A stretch of DNA of 64,000 bases from Neoechinorhynchus agilis. Lineage: Eukaryota > Animalia > Acanthocephala. The notes beneath the pieces were generated by a model. The model had not been told where the DNA came from. It saw only the letters and a program-made list of their open reading frames with translations, and made no database searches. Position numbers and translations under genes: made by a program. Shown here piece by piece: positions 1 to 10,589 of this stretch; the first letter of the stretch is position 1; every line of letters begins with the position of its first letter. The stretch covers positions 2,531,561-2,595,560 of the forward strand of contig CM121341.1 in assembly GCA_051530055.1 (NCBI GenBank), in the 5' to 3' direction.

Positions 1-188
1 TGTAATTAGCTTATAAATGTGTCCGTTCTTGAACCAAAGATTTTTTGCTTTAATAGCCAACATTCATATTTTAATTCTTGCGAAAAAATCTAAAAGCAAA
101 AGTTCACATTATTTTTATTCGAGACTTTTCGTTTTTTTTCTGCATTTGAATATTTAAATTGATCGTTTCTCCTTTTTTTACCTTAAAG

Positions 189-619
189 TCTACGAAGAAA
201 TTACTTGTATTCCATACGACGATGATATAGATTTTATTGCGAATTCAACGGAATACGATCGGTTCATGGCAGAAGCAAAACCAATTCTTGAGCAGAAAAA
301 GGGACGCAAAGTTAAGGATGTTAGAGCAAGAAAGCAAACTCATATTCAAGTAAGCGATAAGAATAAGCTGTCGGTTGATATCTTTTGGTTCATCGACAAC
401 GGCACTTCAATTGATATTCAGTTCAATTGGCTAAAGTTCGACAAGAAGATGCTCTTTCCGACTAAACCGATTGTTTTTGAGAACAGATCGCCACAAAGTC
501 CATTAAAGGTGAAGGAACTCATGGAACGACTTTACAAAAAATGGCAGTATCCCCTGGATTGCAGTATCAGAAGAGGTCATAACTGCAACGGGAAATACCT
601 TTTTATTAATGACCTTTAA
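189..619 (+). CDS. LicD/fukutin-related nucleotidyltransferase family protein, last exon (upstream exons outside window)
   Basis: The frame of ORF 266-619 is open upstream to an acceptor (ttttttaccttaaag|, AG 187-188) and reads YEEITCIPYDDDIDF, matching the LicD IPWDDDID motif. C-terminal LFPTKPIVFEN..P....LMERLYKKWQYP matches the LicD C-terminal LFP...FEG...P.....L...YG.W..P pattern. Confidence 0.7.
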
Positions 620-1274
620 ATGAGTGGTAAATGTTTCCGCGAATAAATAAAAAGCATAAATATTCACTTATAAATATTATGAATCTCATGTTTAATTTAG
701 GAACTACGATCATTCAAAAATCCCGACTGCACGGTGTATTTAGGCCATCGGTACAGCGTGCAATTAAACGATAATTTTAATCAAAGAAGGGTTATAAAAA
801 GTTCCAACACCAGGACTAAGGGGTTCCAGAATTATAATTTTTGTTTTAATACCAATTTCGGAAAGGTTTTTGTGGATTGACGGTCACGATCGTCCATTAT
901 TCAATTTAATTATAAGTATCGTTAATGAAAAAGAATGAGCTAGTCGATATACTGAAGATAAAAAAATAAAATTTAATATTAATTAAACGTGCAATTATCG
1001 AAATGTCCGATTAGATGAGTTCACGTTTTTTTACGAAAACGACATTTTAATTTTTTTAAATTTATCTGCTTAGAAAAAACATTAATCGAATCCTGAATTT
1101 AAAGGTTAGAAAAAATGCACCTTACGCTGAACACAAAAAGTCGAATTATTAAATCTATTAAAAAAATTGAATTTTTATCTCCATTGCATATATCTCATCT
1201 TTGATGAAGAACTAATAAAATCCTGAATTTTCAATTCAGACGATAAACTGAACATAGAAAATATCCATTCTTAA

Positions 1275-2370
1275 AAGTCATGATTTTTATTTACAAAAGC
1301 GTTCAGCAGGCAGTTGTAATGTGCAAGCACCACCGTCCGCAAAATCTTAGCTTCCCTCCTTCCTCGGCTGTCGCTATCACGCTGGCAGCATTGCCTCGTT
1401 GTACTGCGAGCGAGATATTTTGCCGCAGGAATACACCTGCTCGTGCGTCGTCGGCTGTTTTTCTCAATTTCTTCGAGAGATCCTGGCGCAGAGTGAATTC
1501 CGAGCTGCTAAGGGCTCCATACGTCTCTACTCCAAAGGGGACAAAATAGTGGGGTCGACGACCGTCTAATCGACATGGGCGGGTTACAAGATTTTGGGGA
1601 AGTTCGCCGTTCTCAACACCCGAGGCAAAATTCACGGGAACATGGTTAGCGCCTGCCTGCTGGCATCATTATTCAACCGCCACCACGAAATCCCGGTCAA
1701 GACAGAACTTTTCCTTAAAAATTTTCTTCGATACTGGTAGGCTCCCCTCAAACGATCCAAGAAAGGCCGGCAAAGCAAGGTCCACTAGTGCCCGAATCCC
1801 CAATCCCCCAGATGACACAGGCAAAGTAGCTTGTCGCCACGCCTCATCTGAGAGCTGGGCATTTAAAATACTCTCGAGACAAGCCCTCACCTTGCCGTCG
1901 AGCTTAGCCAATCCTTTCTTATGTTTGAAGAATGTTGCTGTGCGAACCTTGTACAATAATTTGGGGATAAATAGTGCGTTCTTTATGAGAAACAAGACTT
2001 CATGAGCCGAGAGAGCGCTCACCCTATCGCACAGCAACGAAAGTTTCGGTATGATATGGCCGATCTCATCTTCCACATTTGAATCGAAGACGCAACTGCG
2101 CAGGAGGCCGAGTTGCTCCCGGGTCACGAGTTTCAGACCTGGAGCTACGGCCTCGAAACCAGCCATTAGTTCTTTTACTTTGACGGCGTCTCCAATATTC
2201 AATACAAGGAGCTCACATTTTCCAGCATTAAGCTCAATGCCCATCTTCGAGGTCTCCCTAATCAGCGTCTCCAAATCGCGCAGTACAACGGAGGGATCAC
2301 CTCCGATCTTACAATTCAAATTGAAATAAACATTTCCCTTGAAGTCATGAGTTTTATTTGCAAAAGAGTT
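1275..2370. repeat. Degenerate 29-bp direct repeats (1275-1303, 2342-2370) flanking the CRE-like insertion; probable target-site duplication
   Basis: aagtcatgatttttatttacaaaagcgtt vs aagtcatgagttttatttgcaaaagagtt: 3 mismatches in 29. Confidence 0.65.
1304..2342 (-). mobile_element. 5'-truncated, internally deleted RLE-type (CRE-clade-like) non-LTR retrotransposon
   Basis: ORF 1669-2319 has late RT/thumb motifs (GIELNAGKCEL, QATLPVSSGGLGIR). ORF 1303-1635 has the RLE C-terminus (FVPFGVETYG...FLRQNISLAVQRGNAASV). Confidence 0.85.
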
Positions 2371-2815
2371 TGGCGAAACGAATTCTGAAGTTCAAATAAA
2401 TTCTGGGGGAATTAATTGCAAGAAAACGTAATAAAATGAATTAAGTTTCTTTGATTATGGCAAAAAATCGAAATAATTGGATATTTTTAAGTCTGGCGAG
2501 CCGTTTACAATGGCGGATAATTTTATTGCTTGGACACAAGGCCCACCGACATCTTGGTTCAAGGAAGCGGATAAAATAATTTAGAAAAACTGAACCATAC
2601 GCGGTTATGGGTATTGAACGCATCTCTCTGGGTCCTCAGATAATTTCGAGGAGGCATTGAGAGAACCGGAACACAAAATCGATAATATCCTATAGTTAAA
2701 TTATAGAATTTTAAACTTTTGAAACGTTTAAGTGTAAATGCGTTATTATAAACTGGGCTTTCAGATTTAAATTGGAAATAGTCGATCTTTATTTGCTTCT
2801 TTATTTCGTATTCCG

Positions 2816-4078
2816 ATGAAAGAATCAAAAGTTGAATCTTCAACGCAAACTGATTCTGAACACACGTCATCATCGTTGGCGAGTATGCCGAAGAAAAGGA
2901 GTAAACACCATCCTCCGGAGGTTCCTAGAAAGTCAAAAATCGATTATCGGTCTCCTAGAGCCCGAAAATCGGATCCAGGCGAACAACAAAACGAGAATAA
3001 ACGCCGGAGTGCGAGACTAGCAAAGGCAACTGTAGTTATTGAGGAGAAGAACGCAGTTATAAGTACTGCTGTCAATTCTGCTGTGGCTTCGAAAGACGAA
3101 ACGATGGTTGTCAGACGTAGTAGGCACCGTCAGAAGGAAAACGTGGAACGAGAAGATCCTATAGTTAAAGTTCCTTCGAAGAAAAGACCGGAGAAAGAAG
3201 AGATTAGTTCTTTACGTCGAAGTAAAAGACTTAAAGGTAACGAAGAGATTAAAGAAGATGAAAATCGAAGTGAAATTGATAGCGTTGTGAGTTCGGTGAT
3301 TGTAAAACCACCAACCAATCATGGAACTGATGATAGCTCTAGGCAACCAAATAAATCAAATTGTTCAAGCACCTTAACTGCTGGTTCTTCAATGTTAGCA
3401 GCAGTAGACGATATCGTTGATGAAGATTATCTTGATTATACGTTTCCAGTGCTTAGTGAAGAGGAGGAAGCGGAGGTTTTATCAAAAATCCTTGAACCAC
3501 GTTGTGTGCATCGATTATCAGCGGATGAACCGATATTCGGTCCAATTGAACTGCCAAATGAGTTACTATTGCTTCTTTTGGCTGATCGGTATTTTGTTAG
3601 GGAAAATAGGAAGGTTGCCAAATGTCCTTGTCATCCTTCAAAGACCATTGAAATGATTCTGACTAAGTTTAGACGAATGGAATTTAAAGAAACGAGATCT
3701 GGGATCGAAATGGATACTTTAAAGGAGTTGTGTTTGGGAATGAGAGTCATGTTTGACGATATGGTTATCGACCTTCTTATGAATGACTGCGAAAAAGACT
3801 TGTTTAAAACGGTTATCGTGGCCACTGGTCAGTTGTATATAGATCAGCATGATGATGACGATATGAGTTTTCAGCAATGGCCAGTAAGTCCAGCGACCAT
3901 TTATGGAGGCATTTTTATGATAAGAATGTTGGTCATGCTTAACAAATATGCCGCTGGTGAAAACGTTATTCGAACACGACGCTCCACTCATGTTTTGAAG
4001 GTTTTTATTCAAACTCTGATTGGAATGCTTGCAAAAAGACCCGAGCTGTGTGCCAGTGAATACGTTGAATACGAGTAA
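2816..4078 (+). CDS. Intronless MRG-domain protein (MRG15/MSL3 family-like), no chromodomain, long basic/acidic low-complexity N-terminus
   Basis: 420-aa ORF. The C-terminal half aligns by eye with the MRG domain: IELPNELLLLLLADRYFV (cf. IPEELKPWLVDDWDLI), KTIEMILTKF (KNVDSILEDY), KELCLGMRVMFD (NEVVAGIKEYFN), SPATIYGGIFMIRMLV (PMSQVYGAPHLLRLFV). Confidence 0.75.
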   Translation: MKESKVESSTQTDSEHTSSSLASMPKKRSKHHPPEVPRKSKIDYRSPRARKSDPGEQQNENKRRSARLAKATVVIEEKNAVISTAVNSAVASKDETMVVRRSRHRQKENVEREDPIVKVPSKKRPEKEEISSLRRSKRLKGNEEIKEDENRSEIDSVVSSVIVKPPTNHGTDDSSRQPNKSNCSSTLTAGSSMLAAVDDIVDEDYLDYTFPVLSEEEEAEVLSKILEPRCVHRLSADEPIFGPIELPNELLLLLLADRYFVRENRKVAKCPCHPSKTIEMILTKFRRMEFKETRSGIEMDTLKELCLGMRVMFDDMVIDLLMNDCEKDLFKTVIVATGQLYIDQHDDDDMSFQQWPVSPATIYGGIFMIRMLVMLNKYAAGENVIRTRRSTHVLKVFIQTLIGMLAKRPELCASEYVEYE

Positions 4079-4372
4079 ATTTATTAGAGTTGAATATTGT
4101 TGGCTCAATTCGAGAAATCATCGTTATTTTCATATTTTACACTAAAGGTTTGATGATTTTTTTTGGCTTCCTTGAAATATATCAAATTGGCGAGTGCAAT
4201 ATTCTTAATAAAAAATCATTTTTATCAAGATTGGCCAGCTTGTATGGGCTGTGTGCTCCAAAAAAATTATCAGCCGTGTTATAAAAAGGCCACACATTGA
4301 TATAAGTTACCGGCAGGCCAATCTTCATAAAAAAATCTAATTCAAAGGCTTTGAATTAATAAATATAAAATT

Positions 4373-4579
4373 GGCTGAGTTTGTACATTCCGTAGTTGTG
4401 TCGAGGAGGTCAAGTGGACTAATACCCGTGATCCCGACTAAGGGTCAAGTGGTTCGAATCCGTTACCACCAATGACGCACCGCCAAAGGGGACGAAATAC
4501 CTCGTTGAAGGGAGGAAACTCACTGATGAGTCCCGCCTTCCCGGGAGGTATCTGAGGATCCGGAGGAATGTACAAACTC
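4373..4579 (+). mobile_element. SINE-like element copy 1: tRNA-like head, hammerhead-like body, 15-bp terminal inverted repeats
   Basis: A-box-like GGTCAAGTGG (4408-4417), B-box GGTTCGAATCC (4451-4461). Terminal gagtttgtacattcc (4377-4391) and ggaatgtacaaactc (4565-4579) are exact reverse complements. Two further copies in the window. Confidence 0.75.
4489..4561 (+). ncRNA. Candidate non-circularly permuted hammerhead ribozyme
   Basis: GGGAC-GAAA-TACCTC (4489-4503) ... CTCA-CTGATGA-GTCCC (4519-4534) ... GAGGTA-TC-TGAG (4545-4556). All three stems and the full CUGANGA/GAAA/UH core can form. Confidence 0.7.
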
Positions 4580-5699
4580 GTACCGGATGGTTCAGTGCAT
4601 TGGGTAATTGAATTACTTCGCTGAACCAGATCGGTGGGCTGTGTGGCCCAAAAAAATTATCAGCCGTGTCATAATAGGCCACAAATTGAAAAAATTATTG
4701 AAGAACATGCCATCACTTTAAAAAAAACCGTTCACAATAAGAAAACAATACTTTTTAAAGCTAACTGAGGTGGTTCGCGTTTCACTTTCTTGATTTTATG
4801 TTTTAACTTTAGACACACACTGCTTTAATTTATTCCACAGTGATGGTTGATCCTTTTCTTTGTCACAAAGCGTTTTTTCACAGCAGTCGGCGTTAAGGAT
4901 TTGTCCATGGAGACTTAAAATGCTATCCATTATCTCATTTAAAGTATACACTTTTGAGAACCGTGGAAAAATATGAGTTGAATGAATTTGCCGCCGATAT
5001 CGTAGTCATTTTGTCCTTGAAAGTGTGAAGGTTTGATTATCTTTATTAAGCGAAAGATGATTTGTCGCGACTTTGGTGAAGTCATGCATACATTAATCAA
5101 CTTTTGGAACCCGATTTCCGATCGATTACAAAGCCGCATCACAACAACGAAATTTGAAGCTAACAAAATACGACTATTTCCTTTCAAATTTATTTGAAAC
5201 TTTGAACGATTGCCGTTCCGGATTTTTACCAAACTACTTTTATGTTTGCGTGGATTCACGAAGGCTTTATGCGCGTTAAATTGATAATCTCTTTCCTACT
5301 TTCTATACATAAAAACAATAATCAAAGTAAATTTAAATATCTGGATAAATATGCGTTTTATAGCTTTAGTTTATACTAAAAATAATCCGGCAAAAAAGTT
5401 TGATATTTTTTTATTGGCTTAATTAATAAGCTATATAAAAATTGGGATTGATTATCAAAGACGCATTTGCGCCAAGATTTCGGTTTTTGAAGTTTTTAAA
5501 TATCATTATTTAGTTCTAATAATAAAACATTGCGGGAAAGCGAGCAAATTAAGTTTTCAAAGGGCTTATTATGGATATTAAATGCAGCGATATTTCCTAT
5601 TTGTGTCAAGAAAATCGACACTCTCCTGAAGCTAACCTCCAATTCGTTGTAAGGCTTCCGAAATACCTTTTCTGTAGCTATTTTCTCAATGATTGTCTC

Positions 5700-6961
5700 T
5701 AAAGCGATTTACATACCAGTAAATTGATCAAATCTGACAAATTAGAGATTATTTTTTAAAATCAAAGGATTCCCGAATTCAGACAAGTTGAATATTTTAA
5801 AAGTTTTGATTAAGTCTGGACGCTCCCTTTGCTCTATCTTGAACGAGGGTGATTTCTTCTTTTAACTCAGTCCTCCTTCGGCTTACCTCATCTCTAACAG
5901 AGTTCTCCTTCTGGATTTTCGTTTAGCGAAGTTCATGGAATCCTTAAATTATTCTAAGTGTTTTTTGGTCGAAGCAGTCATTCGGAGCTACGAACCCACC
6001 TTGCTCCCTTTTTCATAAAATCTTCAAATCTATGATCGCTGGATTGCAACCTGGTCGTCCATTACACGAACCTTCTTGCCAAAAGATGGCGTTTTATAGA
6101 CATGGGAGAAGTCACGTTATATTTAATAATTTGAAACAAATGACCCTCTCAATTAGCCCAACTTCGGATTTGACCAAGTCAATCTTCGATATCCCGGATC
6201 TTATTTTCACCAATTAATACAAGTAAATCCTGCCAATTCTCATCCGCGATGATGGAGATAAGGTATTCGAAACGTAACTATTTTATTATCTTTTTTATAA
6301 CTCACGCAGATCTCCTTCTACATTGTACCTTAGTTGATCGTTGAACATTGAAGATTATGTTGCTATTGGGAGTGATTCCATCCTATACTCAAACTATCAG
6401 TGATTATTCGAACGTTGGAGGATCCCATTAATTCCTCTTTGGTCTACAAATTTGGAACCAATCATAAATCCAAATGAGGAGTGGCTATCGGAGATTTAAG
6501 TGTATCCATGCCGCTAGCATCGTTGTTGCGGAAAAACAGAGATACATCCGATAAAAGCTTCAATTTTAGGTGGTTATTCTACCCGTCGAAATCAAGACAA
6601 AATTTAAAAATAATCACCACCATGCAAGTTATGCACTTCAAATGGATTTATTCTTTTTTTGAGAAGCTATTGATGCGCTATTTTCAGCTTCAAACAATTT
6701 CTCTACTTCAGAAACTCGCTGGCGTAGCTCTCTTCGTCGCCTAATCCACTCACAATGAATTTTGGAATCTTGTTCATCTACTTGAATGGCCTTACACAAT
6801 GCCTCAGATTTTGAAAGTATTTGTTCGCAAGTACTGAGCAAAGTATCCGTGTTGACGCTCGTCGCAACATTTGAGCCGTTTATGTCTTCATTGTAGCTGT
6901 GAAGTATACGACTGAAACTGCTGTTAAATTTTAGCGATTCGTTCAATTTACAAGATGACAT
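5700..6961 (-). pseudogene. Degraded coiled-coil protein-coding fragments of unknown identity
   Basis: ORF 6638-6961 (EWIRRRRELRQRVSEVEKL) and a similar heptad-like stretch near 5800-5900 (RDEVSRRRTELKEEITLVQD). The mirror copy near 35.2-35.5 kb carries deletions. Confidence 0.3.
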
Positions 6962-8933
6962 TTAAGGTGAAAAATTAAGTGATAGTTACATCGTACTTTA
7001 GGATGCGAGATTTTTAATGAAACGACCAAAAAAATTGAAGCAAAAAATTGATTCAGGCCTCCAGCGATGAATAGTTCGTGATCTTGAACCTCATGTTTAC
7101 TTCAATACACTCGGTCAAAAAAAACAAAATTATAATAACACGTCTAATTTTATTTAAAGTAGAGGAGCCCTGTACTCCGGATCCACGGGAACACTCAAAC
7201 ACCCATCAATAACGAATATTCCATATATCAAAAACCATTAAACATCTTTCTCGACAAGTTTACGATTCGTGCAACATTTTAGCTGCATTCAAAAGACCAG
7301 GTTAACAAAAATTTTCGCAAATTAACATTTAAAATGATCGAAAAGTAGACATGTAAAAATAGATCACAGATTCTAATTTTTTCGACCGGAATCAGTCGGA
7401 TGAAATTTTTTCTTGGAGTTTAGTATTTGAATTTAAAATTTCAAGTCTTTGTCATGTTATACCTTTCAATAATTGTTAATCCAATAATAAAAAATCTATC
7501 GCCGATTTTATTTCTTATCTGTAGAAAAGCGATGGAAATAATCGTATATTCCTAAAGTTTTTTCAATATAAAAATAGTCTTTTTGGAAATGCAAATGATC
7601 GCGATTTCTATAATATTTAGTTGCTCCATTTGTATATGAAGTAATTCTTAAAACATTTCATCTGCATTCAAACAGTAAAATAAACGCTGTTCGTTTTCTA
7701 CTTTCAAATTATCCAATCAAAAATACTGTTTACCATTTTGGCATTTATAAACACGTTGCGTTCAATGGAAATGGGCTTTCAATTTTGTAAATTTGTAAAA
7801 AATAAATCGTACTGCTATTAAGATTTTATACTCCATTTTTTGATTTCGCTCGAATTGAAAAAAGGTCAGTAAACCAAGACGCTTGATGTTTATTAAAATG
7901 ATAACGAGAAAATCCTCCGAGATGATAAATTTTGAATTGTGGTGAGTATAATTCCGGATTAAGGATGTTTTTATTGAAAAGTGTTTTATCCGCAATCATG
8001 ACTGGTGATATGAGGCTTCCTCGCGGAATATTTCATATCAATAAAATATCTTTTATCCGGGATCATCGTCACCACAATTCAAAGTTTATTAAAGTGTTAA
8101 GAAAAGATGTTTTAAAATATTCATGGTCTTGATTCGAACGTTCTTCGTGTCTCGTTCATGTTCTTATAAAATATTAAAAAATTATAACCTAACCGATTGG
8201 TCAGAAATTATTTTTGAGCAAAATAGATAAAGACAAATTTAAAAGGATACTTTGCCATGCTTTACATTTTCATGGCGAATTAATATAATCAGGAACGGTC
8301 ACGTCTATGAGATTGAAAACGGTGAAAATCACACGATCGATAGAGAGAATGAACAGCTTTTTCGATAATGCGAAATTCGATAAAGTCATTAGATTCTGTG
8401 ACGATTTCGTGCTTCACATAAAAATATTTCAGTTCTTTTTAATAGTTATTTTTATTTAAGTAAAAGTATGAACATGTGATTCGGTTTTAAAGGTTGAAAT
8501 TTTACTTGATGGATGAAATTCACAAACAATCAAGATCTTATTACCAGTTAGTCGATATATTTTACAAAAATGACTTATAGATCTTAATTTACAATTAAAT
8601 GTTGATAGGAAATATGATGCGGCGACATATATTTAGAGTCATGTGATAAAAATATTGAAACAAAAAATAAATAGTAATATCCACATCAAATCAATAATCA
8701 ACATGTTGGAGTCAATATTAGCGGAGGAATCCATCGAGATTATGTTGAGCTAAAGACGATCATCGTTAGCAAAATCACTCGCAATCTAAATCGTATTAAG
8801 CCTAATAAGCCTATCTTAGATTGTGATCGAAGAATACCGGACGGCATAGATTATTTTACTGTCAACTCCTAACAAAATCTTTTTTTAGGTTGAAGTTAAA
8901 TCATTTGGAAACACCTAACTTTAGACACAATAA

Positions 8934-9621
8934 ATGGACGTAAAAAATCAGCTCCAGCAGCAATCACTCGAAAATGCATTGAAAACGTGAGTATTTAAAA
9001 GTTTAAAAATTTTGATTTCGTTTGCTTTGTTTCGCTCTCAGTGATTTACCGGACGAAGTAAATATGCCACTAGTAACCGTGCCTACTGGGTTTATTCCCG
9101 TCCATCGTAAAATAAACGGCCGTCCACCTAAAGATCCGGAAAAGTATTTTAAAAACGAAGCAATTTTGTGCATGAAAAGACTCATAGACAAGGTTGAAAT
9201 GGAGGTGGACGGCAAATTGTCTTGTGTGCCGCATCGAGGACGACCAAGAAAAGACATTGTGTCTTACCGTCAAATTTTGGATGCCATTCAAACAGGAGAA
9301 CCGATCACACAAAAGAAGACTACCAGAAGTAATCGGAAAAGGAAAGCTCAAGACAATACTGTAGAACCGCCCACTAAAGTGGCTCAAGTTGAAGTTTCGC
9401 TTCCAAAGTTCGATGTCCATCCACATTTGGACGCAGCATTCGGAACCATACGAAGCGGTGGCGTTCCACAAGATCCCCAATTGCAATATACCCTGCTTTT
9501 AGCTGGACTATCGAATTCACCGCAAGCAATAATCATGCTGAATAGGCTGTTGGAGGATGCAACGTACACGCAAGCGTGGATCGCAGCTCATGTAATAACG
9601 GGATACCGAAACTCTAATTGA
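8934..9621 (+). CDS. Two-exon AT-hook-containing orphan protein (~211 aa), copy A
   Basis: ATG 8934; exon 1 to 8986; intron GTGAGT...CTCTCAG 8987-9041 (55 nt) joins in frame to ORF 9022-9621. AT-hook core HRGRPRK and AT-hook-like NGRPPK. Confidence 0.7.
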
Positions 9622-10248
9622 GACACAATAAGAAAGTAAAATTATATTGCGTTTATTTTAGATATCAGCAAGTAATAGATCTAGTACCTTTGTCGGTCGC
9701 TGACAAATAATTAAAATAATATATTTCGATATGTGATCTGTGAATAAATAGTTGCTTATTTTTTACAGACTTCATTCAATTTTAGTCATACTGCGAAGGG
9801 TGGTTTCGGTTTGCCTTGTTGTAGACTTGTAGCGCTATTGCTGTTCCTCGGGTTTGCAACTATACCATTAGTTCCACTCCGGCAAAGGTCTTGGAGCCTT
9901 CTTTAATCTCTTGTCTAGGCATCTTATCTAATATCTTTGGCCCATCATCGACATTCCAATTTTCTCGCGACCAGACAACCGGTTGGATAGAATGATTCCA
10001 ACAGTCCGAGGGTCCTAAAGTCCACCGGGCAGCTACGACTGCCGCCATCAGTTGCACTACATAATTCATCGATCCTTTTTCTTAACTCATACGAACATCT
10101 AACCGATCGAATGCAATCTTGAATTTTATTTCCTACATCATTAAATTTTAGTCTATCCCTTTCTTGTCCGGCTTATTTTTTAGGCATAAAGCCAAACCAA
10201 TTACATCAGAGAAGTGATATAACCACATAGTCTCTAATACACGGTTAA

Positions 10249-10450
10249 GAGTTTGTACATTCCTCCGGATCCTCAGATACCTCCAGGAGGCGGGACTCAT
10301 CAGTGAGTTTCCTCCCTTCAGCGGTATTTCGTCCCCTTTGGCTGTGCGTCATTGGTGGCAACGGATTCGAACCACTTTACCTCTAATCGGGATCACGGGC
10401 ATTAGTCCATTTCACCGCCTCGACACAACTACGAAATGTCAAACTCAGCC
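10249..10450 (-). mobile_element. SINE-like/hammerhead element copy 2
   Basis: Reverse complement of 4373-4579 with scattered substitutions. B-box GGTTCGAATCC intact. Hammerhead core GGGAC GAAA TACC...CTCA CTGATGA GTCCC...GGTA TC TGAG at 10335-10272. Confidence 0.8.
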
Positions 10451-10589
10451 ATTTTATCGACTCAGGGTGAGCGCTGTGTTCTATTCAGCCAGTTTATCGA
10501 GAGGCGCGGATGAAGATCGATGTGCCTCCCTCGTTTCGGAAGTCCCTTGTGAGGTGAAAAGCTTGAAAGTTTGGAAGGAAGGCAGATAA

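Larger units (their letters stand above)
4245..4689. repeat. ~55-bp direct repeats (4245-4300, 4635-4689), 390 bp apart, enclosing SINE-like copy 1
   Basis: tgggctgtgtgctccaaaaaaattatcagccgtgttataaaaaggccacacattga vs tgggctgtgtggcccaaaaaaattatcagccgtgtcataataggccacaaattga. Confidence 0.85.
5585..10137. repeat. Left arm segment of palindrome P1 (inverted copy within ~32020-36516)
   Basis: Mirrored ORFs 6032/36069 and 9022/33134. Outer boundary cagcgatatttcc at 5585 mirrors ggaaatatcgctg ending 36516. Confidence 0.95.

Noticed and set aside
4398-4472. Functional tRNA gene (Leu/Ser-like, ends in ...ACCA)
   Set aside because: A/B boxes and the T-arm are present, but the acceptor and anticodon stems do not pair, and the three copies diverge freely there. 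Treated as a SINE head.
4530-4560. HDV-like ribozyme (GTCCC-GCCTCC resembles HDV P2/P3/L3)
   Set aside because: The complementary GGGAC lies upstream, not at the 3' end, and there is no P1/P4/J4-2 arrangement. The hammerhead parse explains the sequence better.
4760-5259. PDZ-like or other coding exons on the minus strand
   Set aside because: Only a faint DSILSLHG resemblance, with stops in frame; not supportable.
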